A stretch of DNA of 64,000 nucleotides from an uncultured virus (IMG/VR IMGVR_UViG_3300027578_000004) (IMGVR_UViG_3300027578_000004); one strand, 5' to 3'; shown: positions 38,895 through 49,632, numbered from the stretch's first letter. Made by a program: numbers and translations. The notes: generated from the letters alone by a model not told the origin.

Positions 38895-41800
38895 ACGTCT
38901 ATAAATTTGTAATTTTGGTCAGGACAACATCTTAACATTGCTGTGACCACAGTTTCCCACTTGCCGGCATTTATCTGATGGTCAACCTCGTTAATCATAA
39001 ATATGACATTGCCTGGGACATATGGCTTTGGTAGATTTGATATAGCTATGTGTTGGAACATTCTAAATCCAAATATACCATCAAATGTCAAGGTCAACGT
39101 GAAGTTATCAGCTGGACCAGAATACTTTGAGTTGTTGTTTGTAGTATCACTGTCATCCAACATTTCTCTGAGTTTGCCTTTCAATGTTGGTGGAAGATTC
39201 AACATTACCCAACCAAACTTGGCAAGTGACGTTTTAACCTCTCCAGAGAATGGGTTATCAATGCCAAGTATCTGTGTTTTGTAACTCTTTTCTTCAATTG
39301 GACCATATGGATCTTCACCAGGCAAAAGAGCTCTTACACGCATTACCAACACTTTTTCGTCTTGTTTACCTTGAGTCTGTATTCTGCGTATTTCTTCATT
39401 TTTGTCAACAATAGGCCCATGTGGAACCGTTTGATTTAGTTCCGAATCCGATTGTTGTTTTGGTGGTTCATTTCTTTCTTTTCGGATTTGGTCATCAATT
39501 TCTTTCAACTTTTTGTTGACCTCATCCAATATCTGATAACTGTCAAATCGATCCGCATAGTTCAAACTTGGCAAACCAGTTTTGATTTGTGTGATCTTAT
39601 CTTTCTTCTGTATCAGATTAAGATTGGAATTGTTCAATATATCAGTTACTTGTCCCGCTGTATTATTTGCAGCATTTTGTCCACTGCCATACAACACTGA
39701 GTTGACTTGTTCATTGGTCAAATTAACTTGAAAATCAATCTTCTTGATGACATTTGAAGTTGATCCAATATCAAATTTGTAGATTTCATATTCTCTAGGC
39801 AATGAAAGATTTTTGTCAATAATAGATAACCCACCGTTTTCATTCTTCACAGTTTGTAGGTTCCAGAAATTATCTACAGCATCGTTGATGATGTTTAGAA
39901 TCTTGTTGACGATTTGTTCCAATGTCTTCAATTCGGTGTCTTTACCAATTTCAATCAATCGTGACTTACTGATGTATATGTTCTTGAGATATCCATAGTA
40001 GTGTGCTTGATACGTTCTACTACCGACAGTCTTTGGTTGACTAAAAGGAAATGCTGCACTATTGGTTCCTTGTCCGCCAATAGTATAATACAACCAATTG
40101 ATGATTGTATCCAAGTTATCTCTGGCTGCAACACCTGTTTTAAATGTGTTACGTGCTTTAAGAGCCGCTTTCCAAAGTGGAGATGAAATTGTTGTAATAC
40201 ATTCAGCATCCAAAGAATTTGCTTTCAACTTTTGTGCCCTATCCTTCTCTTCTTTCAAACCAGCATTGATCTTGGAATTGTAATTTTCCCAATAATACTG
40301 ATCCAAAAATGCGTTATTGCTAACATCAGATTGATCTAAGTAACCTTTTGGACCAGCACGACCAATGTTTATTTTTGGAGCAATTGGATTTGGAATCAAC
40401 ACATCTTTATCACATGAAATCAAATTTGGATGACCACCAATGATTATGTCAGAAATATCAATGTTGTTGTTTCCGGTTTTTGGCTCGGCACAAAAGAGGT
40501 TTATAATTTCAAAAACGAAATCCAATTGATACCATGCTTCATCATTAGAACCATCCTCATAATCAAAATCTGTGGATTTATCTGCAAACGATACAACGTT
40601 TTTGTATGCAACTCCATTATTTGTTGGACCAGACTCGCCTGGAGCATAAGTTATAACCTCACTTGTATTTGGAACTGGGACTGGGACTGGATTTCCACGT
40701 AAACCAGCTGCAGCGGCTGCAGCGCCTCTGGAGCCTGCTGGTGATGGTGTTCCAGACGTTTGAGTTCCACGTTGACCAGCTGCAGCCGCTGCCGCTGCTC
40801 GTGACCCCGCTGGCATTGGATTGCCAGGAGTTGGATTTCTACGACCTCCAAGAGTTGCGGCATCAGCTCGACTCAAAGTTTTCTTTTTTGGAATTTTACT
40901 TGCCTTGTAAACGTCTTGAATACGTCCCATAAACACTCTGTTTTCTTTCTTTCCAGAATAGAAATTGTTTGATGGTTTAAAATTACCAGGCAATCCAGTT
41001 TGTTGTGCTTGAACCTGTTGTTTCTTTTCGTCTTTTGCTTGTTTACTAAGAGCCTTTCTTAGGGTCTCAGTGTTCTTTGGATCAAGCAAATAGTTGATGT
41101 AATTTTCACGGCTCTCAAGAACTTGTTTTGTAAACTGAAGATAGTTTGAGAAAAAGTCCTTCAAGTTGACATATTCCTTTGTGTCAGCTTGTTGTTTGTC
41201 ATCACCTTGTGAAACAGTTGGATTATCAGCTCTGTATCCAGCATACATTGCTTGTCTTGAGATAAGTTCTGTTGTGCAGTTGTATACAAATCCGTCTTCT
41301 GTAGAGAAGTTATATTTGGATATGATTCCGGTGATCAATCCATAGTTACCAAATGACTTGTAATACTTTTCAAGTGCCAACTCTGGTCTTAGAATCAACT
41401 TGTAACATTCGTTTACATCATCCAAAGGAACCAATGAATCAATGTTGAATAAATTCCAACCAAACTCCAAGAACACATTGATCTTTGGACTCAACCAAAA
41501 TGGCATCATGTATTCCAACTGCGCAAGACTGTAGCATTGCCAGTTGATCGTGGCATTCGACATCATGTCTTTGTTTGTCTTGACGTTCACAGATGTGATG
41601 CCGGGTGGTGGTAGTATAGACGGAACTGTAGAGTTTTGTGGGAACTTTAGTCCACCTGGACAATGCGCACCGGCATCATAATATGTGCTGGTTCTATACT
41701 TTGTGTCTATGAAATGAGGATTTCCATTGGCTTGATAACCAATTATTGCTTTATCTTCAACCAAGGCATTTCCTTGTCGTTTGAATCCATAAGCATTGTT

Positions 41801-42157
41801 AAATCCTTCACCACCACTAAGAACAAATCCTTCGTATATTGGAAGCTTGTCGTTCTTTAACAAGTATTTACTGATTGGGACTGTTGGTGATCCTACTTGA
41901 CCAGTTCCATTTGAAAATGCACGAACCCATGGAGTCATTGGACCTCTATAGGTTTCATGATCCATTTGAAAATTAGTTACTGTGTTGACGCCAGCGTTTT
42001 GTCCTATGTTGATACTGTTCTTACGTCTACGAAGTTCACGAACCAACTGCCATGGAATATTTTGTGCTTCCCACCATCTTACGTCTCTTTCAACGATATC
42101 AGATGCTTGTGGTTTTGCCCATGTAGGTTGTAATTGGACATTTGGTGTTGTTGCCAT
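38891..42157 (-). CDS. Putative baseplate hub protein
   Basis: PPPGITSV, FLEFGWN, C-terminal LTFDGIFGFRMFQ...F.I..VDH.I...WET motif typical of gp27/late-control-D-like hubs; position in the tail module. Confidence 0.55.
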   Translation of the reverse strand: MATTPNVQLQPTWAKPQASDIVERDVRWWEAQNIPWQLVRELRRRKNSINIGQNAGVNTVTNFQMDHETYRGPMTPWVRAFSNGTGQVGSPTVPISKYLLKNDKLPIYEGFVLSGGEGFNNAYGFKRQGNALVEDKAIIGYQANGNPHFIDTKYRTSTYYDAGAHCPGGLKFPQNSTVPSILPPPGITSVNVKTNKDMMSNATINWQCYSLAQLEYMMPFWLSPKINVFLEFGWNLFNIDSLVPLDDVNECYKLILRPELALEKYYKSFGNYGLITGIISKYNFSTEDGFVYNCTTELISRQAMYAGYRADNPTVSQGDDKQQADTKEYVNLKDFFSNYLQFTKQVLESRENYINYLLDPKNTETLRKALSKQAKDEKKQQVQAQQTGLPGNFKPSNNFYSGKKENRVFMGRIQDVYKASKIPKKKTLSRADAATLGGRRNPTPGNPMPAGSRAAAAAAAGQRGTQTSGTPSPAGSRGAAAAAAGLRGNPVPVPVPNTSEVITYAPGESGPTNNGVAYKNVVSFADKSTDFDYEDGSNDEAWYQLDFVFEIINLFCAEPKTGNNNIDISDIIIGGHPNLISCDKDVLIPNPIAPKINIGRAGPKGYLDQSDVSNNAFLDQYYWENYNSKINAGLKEEKDRAQKLKANSLDAECITTISSPLWKAALKARNTFKTGVAARDNLDTIINWLYYTIGGQGTNSAAFPFSQPKTVGSRTYQAHYYGYLKNIYISKSRLIEIGKDTELKTLEQIVNKILNIINDAVDNFWNLQTVKNENGGLSIIDKNLSLPREYEIYKFDIGSTSNVIKKIDFQVNLTNEQVNSVLYGSGQNAANNTAGQVTDILNNSNLNLIQKKDKITQIKTGLPSLNYADRFDSYQILDEVNKKLKEIDDQIRKERNEPPKQQSDSELNQTVPHGPIVDKNEEIRRIQTQGKQDEKVLVMRVRALLPGEDPYGPIEEKSYKTQILGIDNPFSGEVKTSLAKFGWVMLNLPPTLKGKLREMLDDSDTTNNNSKYSGPADNFTLTLTFDGIFGFRMFQHIAISNLPKPYVPGNVIFMINEVDHQINAGKWETVVTAMLRCCPDQNYKFIDV

Positions 42158-42162
42158 ATAAC

Positions 42163-42453
42163 TTAATTTGCTTCTTTAAGATCCTGCATAATTTGTGGTA
42201 AATTGCCTGGTATTCTGATTTGCTTTCCTACTGGTATAGATAGTCTACCATTACCCAAACCGTTAGCATTTGCAATTACCCACCAATAACTTTCATTACC
42301 ATAATACTTTTTAGCTAAACTATCAAGATAATCTTCTTCACTAGCAGTAATATAAATATCATTGACATCTGGTGGAATAACTGGGTAATATGTTGTAGCA
42401 TATACTCGGTTTCCGTCCCAGCGCTTTTGGATCGGTGTAAATTGATATCTCAT
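42163..42453 (-). CDS. LysM-like baseplate protein (gp53/tail X-like)
   Basis: DYLDSLAKKYYGNESYWWVIANAN...GKQIRIP. Confidence 0.8.
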   Translation of the reverse strand: MRYQFTPIQKRWDGNRVYATTYYPVIPPDVNDIYITASEEDYLDSLAKKYYGNESYWWVIANANGLGNGRLSIPVGKQIRIPGNLPQIMQDLKEAN

Positions 42454-42462
42454 ACTGTATAA

Positions 42463-45006
42463 TTATGGTGTTGCGGCAACATTAGTTTGATCAACACGGT
42501 TAATATCGTATCTAATATTTTGCGAGAACTTGTTGACCGAAGCATTGTCTTGTGACTTGTCTCCATAAAATTCGGTTCTTGGACCAGTCTCGCCAATGTC
42601 TTCTGGATTAAAGATTTGAACTGGTGCATCACCCCATATAGCTTTTCCAACATATGGTAGATCTTTTTCAAGCACACTCATTTCAATCTGAATATCTGCT
42701 GTCTTAGGAAATTGTGCCACACGACCAGTAGAGTTTCCTTTTCTTTGATCTATGGAACTGTTCAATAATGCTGATGAATTTTCCCAAGATATTGCCTTGT
42801 TTGGACCATAATACCAACTTTGTCCGTTTTTACCGGCTTCTTCTGGTATTGTTTCCCAACCAGCATCTTCTGGAATAGTTACGTTACAACTATTGATAAC
42901 CACATTGTGATTTTTATAGAAATCACCCAATGTCAATTGAACCATTGGTGACACCATAAAACCACCAAATTGACGAGCAGTATAGTTTGCTGGACGAGTC
43001 AATCCTACCAGATAGTTGATTCTGTTCCACATAGGCATCAATTCTTTCACACTGTGTGCATTAACAGTGAAGTTGAAACTGACACTACGAGTAAATCCTT
43101 TGTAGTAGTATAGCTTGTCCGCACGACCTAGATATTCAACAGTCTCCCAAGTTGCGTTGTTGTTGTCACTGATTGACTTGACCGTCGCATTGAATGGTAT
43201 GTATTTCTTGTTTACAATGTCATAGAAATAGAACTTGATGATGTCTGGTCCATACACACCAAACTTGTCGGTATTGGCATATAAAGCATCAAACTGATCT
43301 TGTTTCAATACCTCTAACGCATTGACATAATCAACATTGTTTGTTGGACGAATATAACGATCATTTGGTCCTTCTCCAAGACGAGTAGGAACCTTGTTTC
43401 CAGTTGTTTCATCCACTCTCCAACGACCTTGATAAGTGTTGTTCTGTGAAGGACTTGGAGAGTTTAAGTTGCTAGGATTGAGATCTTTTAGATAATCCAT
43501 ACCAACTTTACTTGAACCAAACTTAGCAAATTGAAGAGGTTGTAAATTACTTCTGTTTACCGAATATTTCTCTTCGTTAGAACCCTTGATGGTATTGACC
43601 GAAGTATCAAGATTGTTGATCAACCTTTGAACTGTAAGTGTCTGGGTGTCAACAAACGTGTCATTGAAGTTCTTGGTGCCATCCATCAACGACTTGTAAT
43701 TAAGAAGTTGATCACTTCTTTCTTGTTCACCATAATAACCTCTGGTGACCAACTTACCATACTTCAACGAATTGTCTGATACTGAATTGTCGTTCTTCTC
43801 AGTGGTAATTTGATTACCCAAGAAAGGTTCAGATCCATTGTATAGACCAACTTCACCTGTAAGTGATGTAATGGTTGATGGTTGACTAGATTTGTATAAG
43901 TTACCAGTGATCGTCAACCTAGAAAGATTTGGCTTGTTCTTGGACTTATTGTAGAATCTTTGTGTTACTGCTTGTGAGTAATTAGCTCTTTTGCCAAATC
44001 CAATAGAATTCAACAACCCACTCAAAATACCACCGTTCTTGATTCCAGTTGAATTTGCATCAAACAACTTACCAGCATTCAAATACAAATCATAGGTTTC
44101 TTCATCAGCACGAAACTTAGCTGCCCATGGTTGCTTTGGAGGAAGAATACCACCGACTACAGTATTGTTCTGTATGAACTTACCTACACCCGACAACAAT
44201 CTACTAAAAAATGATCCCGCACCTTGACTCACCAAACGACTATATCTTGGTGAATTGTATGCGTTTGTAGCAGTGTTACCTCTTAGAAGGTCTTTAACGT
44301 CTCCTCTTGCTATTGGAGCTACAACTTCGTTGGATCTATCACCACCACCAACAAGACTGGTAAGTGTGCTTAATCCAATACCGTTGCTAGCCGCACTGGC
44401 GACCGATGAACGTGGTGGAGGTGGTTGTGCTGGTGCTCCTCCGACCAAAGCACCTACGGTCGATACTACACTTCCAAGACCAATACCGTTGACAATACCA
44501 CCAATAAGGTTACTGGTGTCTATGTGTCTGGTTGGCCAGTCCAATAGACCGAATGAAGCTGGTTTTAAAGCGGCAATCAATGGAGAGCCTGGATTGTAGA
44601 CCTTGGTTTCATCAAACGGTTGATATCCTTGTAGAATCAATTGTTTGACAATGAAACGAGTTCCTTTACCAGATCCCATGAACTTTCTGACCAAGTTGGC
44701 ATCTTGGGTAGCAGCACGAACAAAACCCGTTACTTTTGATCGTTGACCTTGATTTGGATTCTTATAGTCAAACCTAGACTTTAGTGCATCTGCCAAACCA
44801 ACATCTTCTGGTTTATTGATAGAATATAGTCTTTCAGCATTACCATTGCTTTCAAACAATGCACGAAGTTTACCAGGCGATCTTATGTTGATAAAGTCGG
44901 CGGTGGGTGATGGTAGTCTTAGACCAGCACCTTGAATGTTTGCGAGTGTAGTGATTTGATCACCACCACCGGTTAATCCTTCTACGAATGTTTGACTATT
45001 TGCCAT
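42463..45006 (-). CDS. Putative baseplate/tail-tube initiator protein
   Basis: C-terminal WETVEYLGRADKLYYYKGFTRSVSFNF...PMVQLTLGD tube-initiator-like domain; directly downstream of the tape measure gene. Confidence 0.55.
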   Translation of the reverse strand: MANSQTFVEGLTGGGDQITTLANIQGAGLRLPSPTADFINIRSPGKLRALFESNGNAERLYSINKPEDVGLADALKSRFDYKNPNQGQRSKVTGFVRAATQDANLVRKFMGSGKGTRFIVKQLILQGYQPFDETKVYNPGSPLIAALKPASFGLLDWPTRHIDTSNLIGGIVNGIGLGSVVSTVGALVGGAPAQPPPPRSSVASAASNGIGLSTLTSLVGGGDRSNEVVAPIARGDVKDLLRGNTATNAYNSPRYSRLVSQGAGSFFSRLLSGVGKFIQNNTVVGGILPPKQPWAAKFRADEETYDLYLNAGKLFDANSTGIKNGGILSGLLNSIGFGKRANYSQAVTQRFYNKSKNKPNLSRLTITGNLYKSSQPSTITSLTGEVGLYNGSEPFLGNQITTEKNDNSVSDNSLKYGKLVTRGYYGEQERSDQLLNYKSLMDGTKNFNDTFVDTQTLTVQRLINNLDTSVNTIKGSNEEKYSVNRSNLQPLQFAKFGSSKVGMDYLKDLNPSNLNSPSPSQNNTYQGRWRVDETTGNKVPTRLGEGPNDRYIRPTNNVDYVNALEVLKQDQFDALYANTDKFGVYGPDIIKFYFYDIVNKKYIPFNATVKSISDNNNATWETVEYLGRADKLYYYKGFTRSVSFNFTVNAHSVKELMPMWNRINYLVGLTRPANYTARQFGGFMVSPMVQLTLGDFYKNHNVVINSCNVTIPEDAGWETIPEEAGKNGQSWYYGPNKAISWENSSALLNSSIDQRKGNSTGRVAQFPKTADIQIEMSVLEKDLPYVGKAIWGDAPVQIFNPEDIGETGPRTEFYGDKSQDNASVNKFSQNIRYDINRVDQTNVAATP

Positions 45007-45023
45007 TGTATATAAATATCAGA

Positions 45024-47684
45024 TTAGAAGGTTGCCTGACCAAGAGATCCTCTAGTATTAGCAGATTTTGCCAAAGCATAGTTGACCTGACGACCATCAA
45101 GATTGACTGCGATACCACCATTTGCCATCATTGTGGTCAATGTATCGATCTTTTGAGCAACAAGTTCAAGACCTTGTTTGATTTCTTTTGTTTCATTACT
45201 TTTGTTAGCAGACGTTACTGCCGATACTGCGGCTAGAGCAGCTACATTACCAAGTTCTATTTTTGGTAGTTCTATACCACTTAGTTCTTTTAATGATGAA
45301 ACTGCGGCTCTAATACCAGATGCTGATATTGCTAACAAACTCAATTGTGTTGTTACTCTGGTCAATTCTCTGGTTGGGAACAATATCAAAGCAGCACCTA
45401 GTATTCCTAGTGATGCTGATAGTGCTCCAACACCAGCAGCTGCCACGATTAACAATGGAGACACCAATGCCAACTTAACAAGTGGGCCGGCAACTCCACC
45501 AACTACAGCTGGAAGTTGTTTGAATATGTCCAACATGGTTTTGAATGCCGTTGTAATAACACCTGCAACAATATTTCCCAATCCTAGAATTACCCCACCA
45601 ATTATACCAAGCGATGGTGTTACCATTTGTATAGCTTTAGCAAATCCAATTGCTGCAAGTGATGTTACAGCCAAGGCTCCAGCAAAAATCAACAAACCAG
45701 CACCAAGTGGTGAAGGTGGTGTCATCAATCCTGCAATTATAGCTAGTCCAGCACCAAGTATTACTAAAGCGGCAGTAAATGCTAGTATTTGTGTTGCACT
45801 GGTTTGTCCAAGCATACTCATAGCATATCCTAATCCCATGGCTGCTCCAGTGATCAACACCAACAATACTGCCAACTTTGCCATGTCACTCCACTTGAGT
45901 CCACCAACAGCAGTTCCTAAAGAAGTAATACCTCTTGATATACCTTCAAGACCCTTACCGAGACCTTCACCAGCGACTTGAGCAGCTTTGCCAAACATAT
46001 TACCCAAGAACTCCAACACCTTGGTCAATCCGAACTTAAGTGTGTAGAACGCTACTAATACAGTTCCAACACCCACTGTGATTGCAATCAATACTTGTGA
46101 CCAAGAAGCTTTGAATGAAAGTATAGCAGCTATAGCATTAAAGAATGCCGTTTGAACCGACATTATTATTGCGTATACTGGTTGAAGTAACTTACCAAGA
46201 TTCAACAATGCTTGTTCTTTTGCTTGTGCCAATTTTTGAGATTCAGCTTCAGCAGTCTTTTGTCTCAACATCAACTCAAGTTCTGCTTTACGTGCATCAG
46301 CTCCTTTTTTCTCAAGAGATCTCAATTCCTCTTGAGCTTTCTTCATTTTCTTTGCTTCTTCTGGAAACAATCGTTCTGCTTCCAATAAGTTTTTCTTTTG
46401 AGTCTGAATCTTTTGTAGTTCAGAAAAATCTTTACCAGTAGCTTCAGCAAGTGCTTTACGTTGGTTGTAATTCAACTTGTCGAGATCACCGACACGTTCA
46501 ATTTCTTTTTGTAACGCTTTTTCAGCACCAATCAAATCACCAGCAAATGCCAATCTACGTGATTCATTGAAACTCAAATTTTGACCCAACAAAGCAGCTG
46601 CTTTTAGTTCGGCTCCAATTGATGACTCAAAATTCAATAATGCTTCGGCTGATTTTGCAGCTGCATCCAAACTAGTTCCAAGTTTTCTTGCTTCTGCGGC
46701 TTGTTTGATCAACTCAGTAGTGTTACCCTTGAAAATAGTTCTAACAGCACTGCTTGCGTTAGCCACATCTTTCATCACTTGACCCATTGGAACACCAGCA
46801 GCTTCGGCAGCCTTAGCAGCAATTACAGTCATTGCTTCTTGAGCCATTACTGATGTTCCTCCTACTTCGGCAAGTGTAGTTTGGAACTTGGTTGCTTCAT
46901 CTACTGACAAACCAGTCAAACGACTTATATTGGCTGACTCTTTACCGATTGTTGCCAATTGAGTGTCAGTCAATGCGTATTCTTTTCTAATAGCAGTTAC
47001 AGCTTTTAAAATCTCTTGGTTGGTTGCAAAATTTGAACTTAATTCACCAGTGATCTTTTGGATAGTATCATACTGTCTGTTTATTTCATCCTTGGTAGTT
47101 CCTTGTGCTTTAGCTTGTTCACTCAATAAAGCATCATACTTTTCACCAAGAGAAATTATGGTTGAATATACAGCACTAATTACTTCAAGTGTGTTTTTTT
47201 GTTTTTCTAAGTTCTTGAGTTGTTGATCTGTTGTATACTTCAGATTGAGTGCTTCAAAGTATATTCTTTGATACTCTTCATATGATCCCTCTAAAGAAGT
47301 TCTCTGTTTTTCTAAGTATGAAAGACGTTCTTGTTCGGATCTTGTCAAATTGTTTCTATCACCATTTTCTTTCTGTTGAAGTTGTTGCATTTCTTCAAGT
47401 TGAGCGGTGATATTAAATAATTGATTGCGAGCCTTGTCCATTGTAGCCGCATATCCAGCAGATTGGTTTTTTAGTGCTTCATATCGAGCTGCCATTTGTG
47501 ACAGAGTTTTGTCCATCAAAATAGCTGGATCTACAACACTTTGCATCTTTTTTCCAAGTTCATCGGCGTTTTTTGCCAACGACCCTAGTTTTTTCATACC
47601 CTCATTAAGTTCTTTATTGAACTTGGTAGCTGCATTATCAAGTTCACTTCTGAGGTTGCGGAGGTCTGCTGTATAATCTGCCAT
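45024..47684 (-). CDS. Tail tape measure protein
   Basis: 886 aa, Ala/Leu/Gly-rich helical, coiled coil plus long hydrophobic stretch, LLNFESSIGAEL, C-terminal VNLDGRQV; follows the tube and chaperone genes. Confidence 0.85.
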   Translation of the reverse strand: MADYTADLRNLRSELDNAATKFNKELNEGMKKLGSLAKNADELGKKMQSVVDPAILMDKTLSQMAARYEALKNQSAGYAATMDKARNQLFNITAQLEEMQQLQQKENGDRNNLTRSEQERLSYLEKQRTSLEGSYEEYQRIYFEALNLKYTTDQQLKNLEKQKNTLEVISAVYSTIISLGEKYDALLSEQAKAQGTTKDEINRQYDTIQKITGELSSNFATNQEILKAVTAIRKEYALTDTQLATIGKESANISRLTGLSVDEATKFQTTLAEVGGTSVMAQEAMTVIAAKAAEAAGVPMGQVMKDVANASSAVRTIFKGNTTELIKQAAEARKLGTSLDAAAKSAEALLNFESSIGAELKAAALLGQNLSFNESRRLAFAGDLIGAEKALQKEIERVGDLDKLNYNQRKALAEATGKDFSELQKIQTQKKNLLEAERLFPEEAKKMKKAQEELRSLEKKGADARKAELELMLRQKTAEAESQKLAQAKEQALLNLGKLLQPVYAIIMSVQTAFFNAIAAILSFKASWSQVLIAITVGVGTVLVAFYTLKFGLTKVLEFLGNMFGKAAQVAGEGLGKGLEGISRGITSLGTAVGGLKWSDMAKLAVLLVLITGAAMGLGYAMSMLGQTSATQILAFTAALVILGAGLAIIAGLMTPPSPLGAGLLIFAGALAVTSLAAIGFAKAIQMVTPSLGIIGGVILGLGNIVAGVITTAFKTMLDIFKQLPAVVGGVAGPLVKLALVSPLLIVAAAGVGALSASLGILGAALILFPTRELTRVTTQLSLLAISASGIRAAVSSLKELSGIELPKIELGNVAALAAVSAVTSANKSNETKEIKQGLELVAQKIDTLTTMMANGGIAVNLDGRQVNYALAKSANTRGSLGQATF

Positions 47685-47711
47685 ATGTCAATTATACTAA
47701 TAAATATCTAG

Positions 47712-47942
47712 TTATCTGAAACTAGGTCTATCTATTTTGCCTGACTTTGGCTGACTTGAAGACTGCTTTTGTGATTCTGCTTCTTTTTCCTTGGCTTCTA
47801 TGAGTTTTTTATAATAGAAGTTACGAAGATATACAGGCAGATTGTATATCTCTGTTGGGAAGAATCCTCCGTTACCATAATAACAGAGGTCGAATATAAC
47901 TTGTTGTATGTAAACCTTATACTCTTGAGTCAGGCCAAAAAA
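47712..47942 (-). CDS. Start-less ORF (76 aa), probable frameshift extension of the chaperone (gpGT/gp51-like)
   Basis: Manual translation: FFGLTQEYKVYIQQVIFDLCYYGNGGFFPTEIYNLPVYLRNFYYKKLIEAKEKEAESQKQSSSQPKSGKIDRPSFR*. No in-frame ATG, GTG or TTG; an in-frame TGA lies 3 codons before the T7 run. Confidence 0.75.
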   Translation of the reverse strand, partial: FFGLTQEYKVYIQQVIFDLCYYGNGGFFPTEIYNLPVYLRNFYYKKLIEAKEKEAESQKQSSSQPKSGKIDRPSFR

Positions 47943-48720
47943 ACTGGACAGTCATTGGCACTGCTGCCCTTTCTTCGGCACCGCATTCTTTACAACTGAA
48001 CTCAAACGTTGCATCGATATCAGGTGTAATTTCTTTGATGTATTGACGTAGTGCAAGACTGTCACGACTTTGCATATTATCAATTAGAGACTTTAGTTTT
48101 GCTGGTTCGGTTTCACCATCAAATTCAATAACAGACTTCTTTAAACGTGAAGTAACCTCAGCTGATGACTTGTTGTTTAACTTGGCAAGTGCCGCAGTTT
48201 CACGTTCGATATCCTTTTCATCACTGTCAGTCATCAGCTTGAACTTGACTACTGATTTTGAGTATGGAAGTGTGAACTCAAACACATTTGTGCCTGGTTC
48301 ATACTTTGTTTCATCAAGTTCCTTTTCCTTGATTTCACTCAAATTGATATTGAGACGATTGCTTGCTTGACACTTAGGACACGTAATATCTACTGGACCA
48401 TAATTGTCACCGTAAGCAATACGACGAACCGCAAAGATAACCGCATTCTTATCACCAATCAAAAGGTCACTTGACTTGATGTTCTTGTCTACGATCAGTG
48501 ACTCCAACAACTTGTCGATTGCCAATCCTTTCTTGAGAAGATTTGGACTGGTGAGAATATCTTCTTCCTTGGCAGTCATCATCTTTATTTCAATAGTTCC
48601 CTTTGCGAGAGGACTATTGGGTGGATAGAAATGACCTTTACTAGGAAGATCAATAGTTTCTGTTGGAAACGTAGTTTGTTGCTTGTTTGCCACTCTTTGT
48701 AAAACGATTTCGTCACTCAT
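47917..48720 (-). CDS. T4 gp26-like baseplate hub/tail assembly chaperone
   Basis: IDLPSKG, MTAKEEDIL, CPKC, CKEC, C-terminal FFWP; between the tube and tape measure genes. Confidence 0.8.
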   Translation of the reverse strand: MSDEIVLQRVANKQQTTFPTETIDLPSKGHFYPPNSPLAKGTIEIKMMTAKEEDILTSPNLLKKGLAIDKLLESLIVDKNIKSSDLLIGDKNAVIFAVRRIAYGDNYGPVDITCPKCQASNRLNINLSEIKEKELDETKYEPGTNVFEFTLPYSKSVVKFKLMTDSDEKDIERETAALAKLNNKSSAEVTSRLKKSVIEFDGETEPAKLKSLIDNMQSRDSLALRQYIKEITPDIDATFEFSCKECGAEERAAVPMTVQFFWPDSRV

Positions 48721-48765
48721 AAATTATAACAATACATAGAACCAATTGTATATTTTTGGATATTT

Positions 48766-49557
48766 TTATTTTGGCTTGATCTTCTTTTGAGCGTCTTGTG
48801 CAGCTTTTGTTAAAATACCGGCTCTCACATTAATTTTAGCAATTGCGTCCTTAAACTTGGATTCTGGTCCAACCAAAGCATCCATAAACCCATTGTCTTC
48901 GGTCATTATTTTTTTGATCAATGCTTTGATTTTTCTTCTTTTGATTTCGTCCATAGATTTCTTCTTGGTTAATATGTTATAAATACTTTTGACTACTCCA
49001 GTTTTTACGCCTGGATAATTTGTCTGGAAATTCTGAACGTCTCCGTTTGCCAAATCTTGTCTCAATGTGCTGGCACTAATACTTTGTCCGTTTTTTTCAT
49101 CGGTTCTACCTTGATAGTTTGTTGGAGCATCGTCAGTCATTTCGATCACCGACACATTCTGTGGTGCTGTTGAACCGTCTTTTGTTGGTTTGGTTTTATA
49201 ACGATCAACTGCTGCTTTGAATATCTTGCTACGTTTAGCATCTTCTGGACTCTTGGAACTGGCTGCCAATGCGATGGTTTCATTACTATCTTTTGGTAGA
49301 TTGAAAACATATCCAAATGCTGCGTTCATAGGACTGTCATCGTTGACCGGCACAACCTCTACCTTGGGGTTTGTAGGCAATAGGTTCCATATTGCTACAC
49401 TCTGTTGACGGTTAACTCCATCACGTTCACTTGGTCCTACCATCACAATTACTTTACCAACATCACTTCGACTTGCAAATTTGTTGGCTAATCCAAGATG
49501 CCCAGCATGAGGTGGTTTGAATCCACCGGGTAGTAGCACAGTTACTTTATTGTCCAT
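48766..49557 (-). CDS. Cytidylyltransferase-like (HIGH-family) nucleotidyltransferase
   Basis: PGGFKPPHAGH (HxGH) and ISASTLR. Confidence 0.8.
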   Translation of the reverse strand: MDNKVTVLLPGGFKPPHAGHLGLANKFASRSDVGKVIVMVGPSERDGVNRQQSVAIWNLLPTNPKVEVVPVNDDSPMNAAFGYVFNLPKDSNETIALAASSKSPEDAKRSKIFKAAVDRYKTKPTKDGSTAPQNVSVIEMTDDAPTNYQGRTDEKNGQSISASTLRQDLANGDVQNFQTNYPGVKTGVVKSIYNILTKKKSMDEIKRRKIKALIKKIMTEDNGFMDALVGPESKFKDAIAKINVRAGILTKAAQDAQKKIKPK

Positions 49558-49578
49558 ATCAATAAATATACATAAAAG

Positions 49579-49609
49579 AAAAAACCCTCCGCTTTTTTGA
49601 CGGAGGGTT
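49579..49609 (-). terminator. Rho-independent terminator after the tail tube gene
   Basis: 9-bp stem AACCCTCCG/CGGAGGGTT followed by a T-run on the minus strand. Confidence 0.8.
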
Positions 49610-49632
49610 CAAAGGACATAAATGAACAGTAA

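Noticed and set aside
47930..47945. Canonical -1 frameshift at the chaperone T-run
   Set aside because: The -1 frame reads GTT TTT TTG GCC TGA and stops; only the +1/-2 frame is open.
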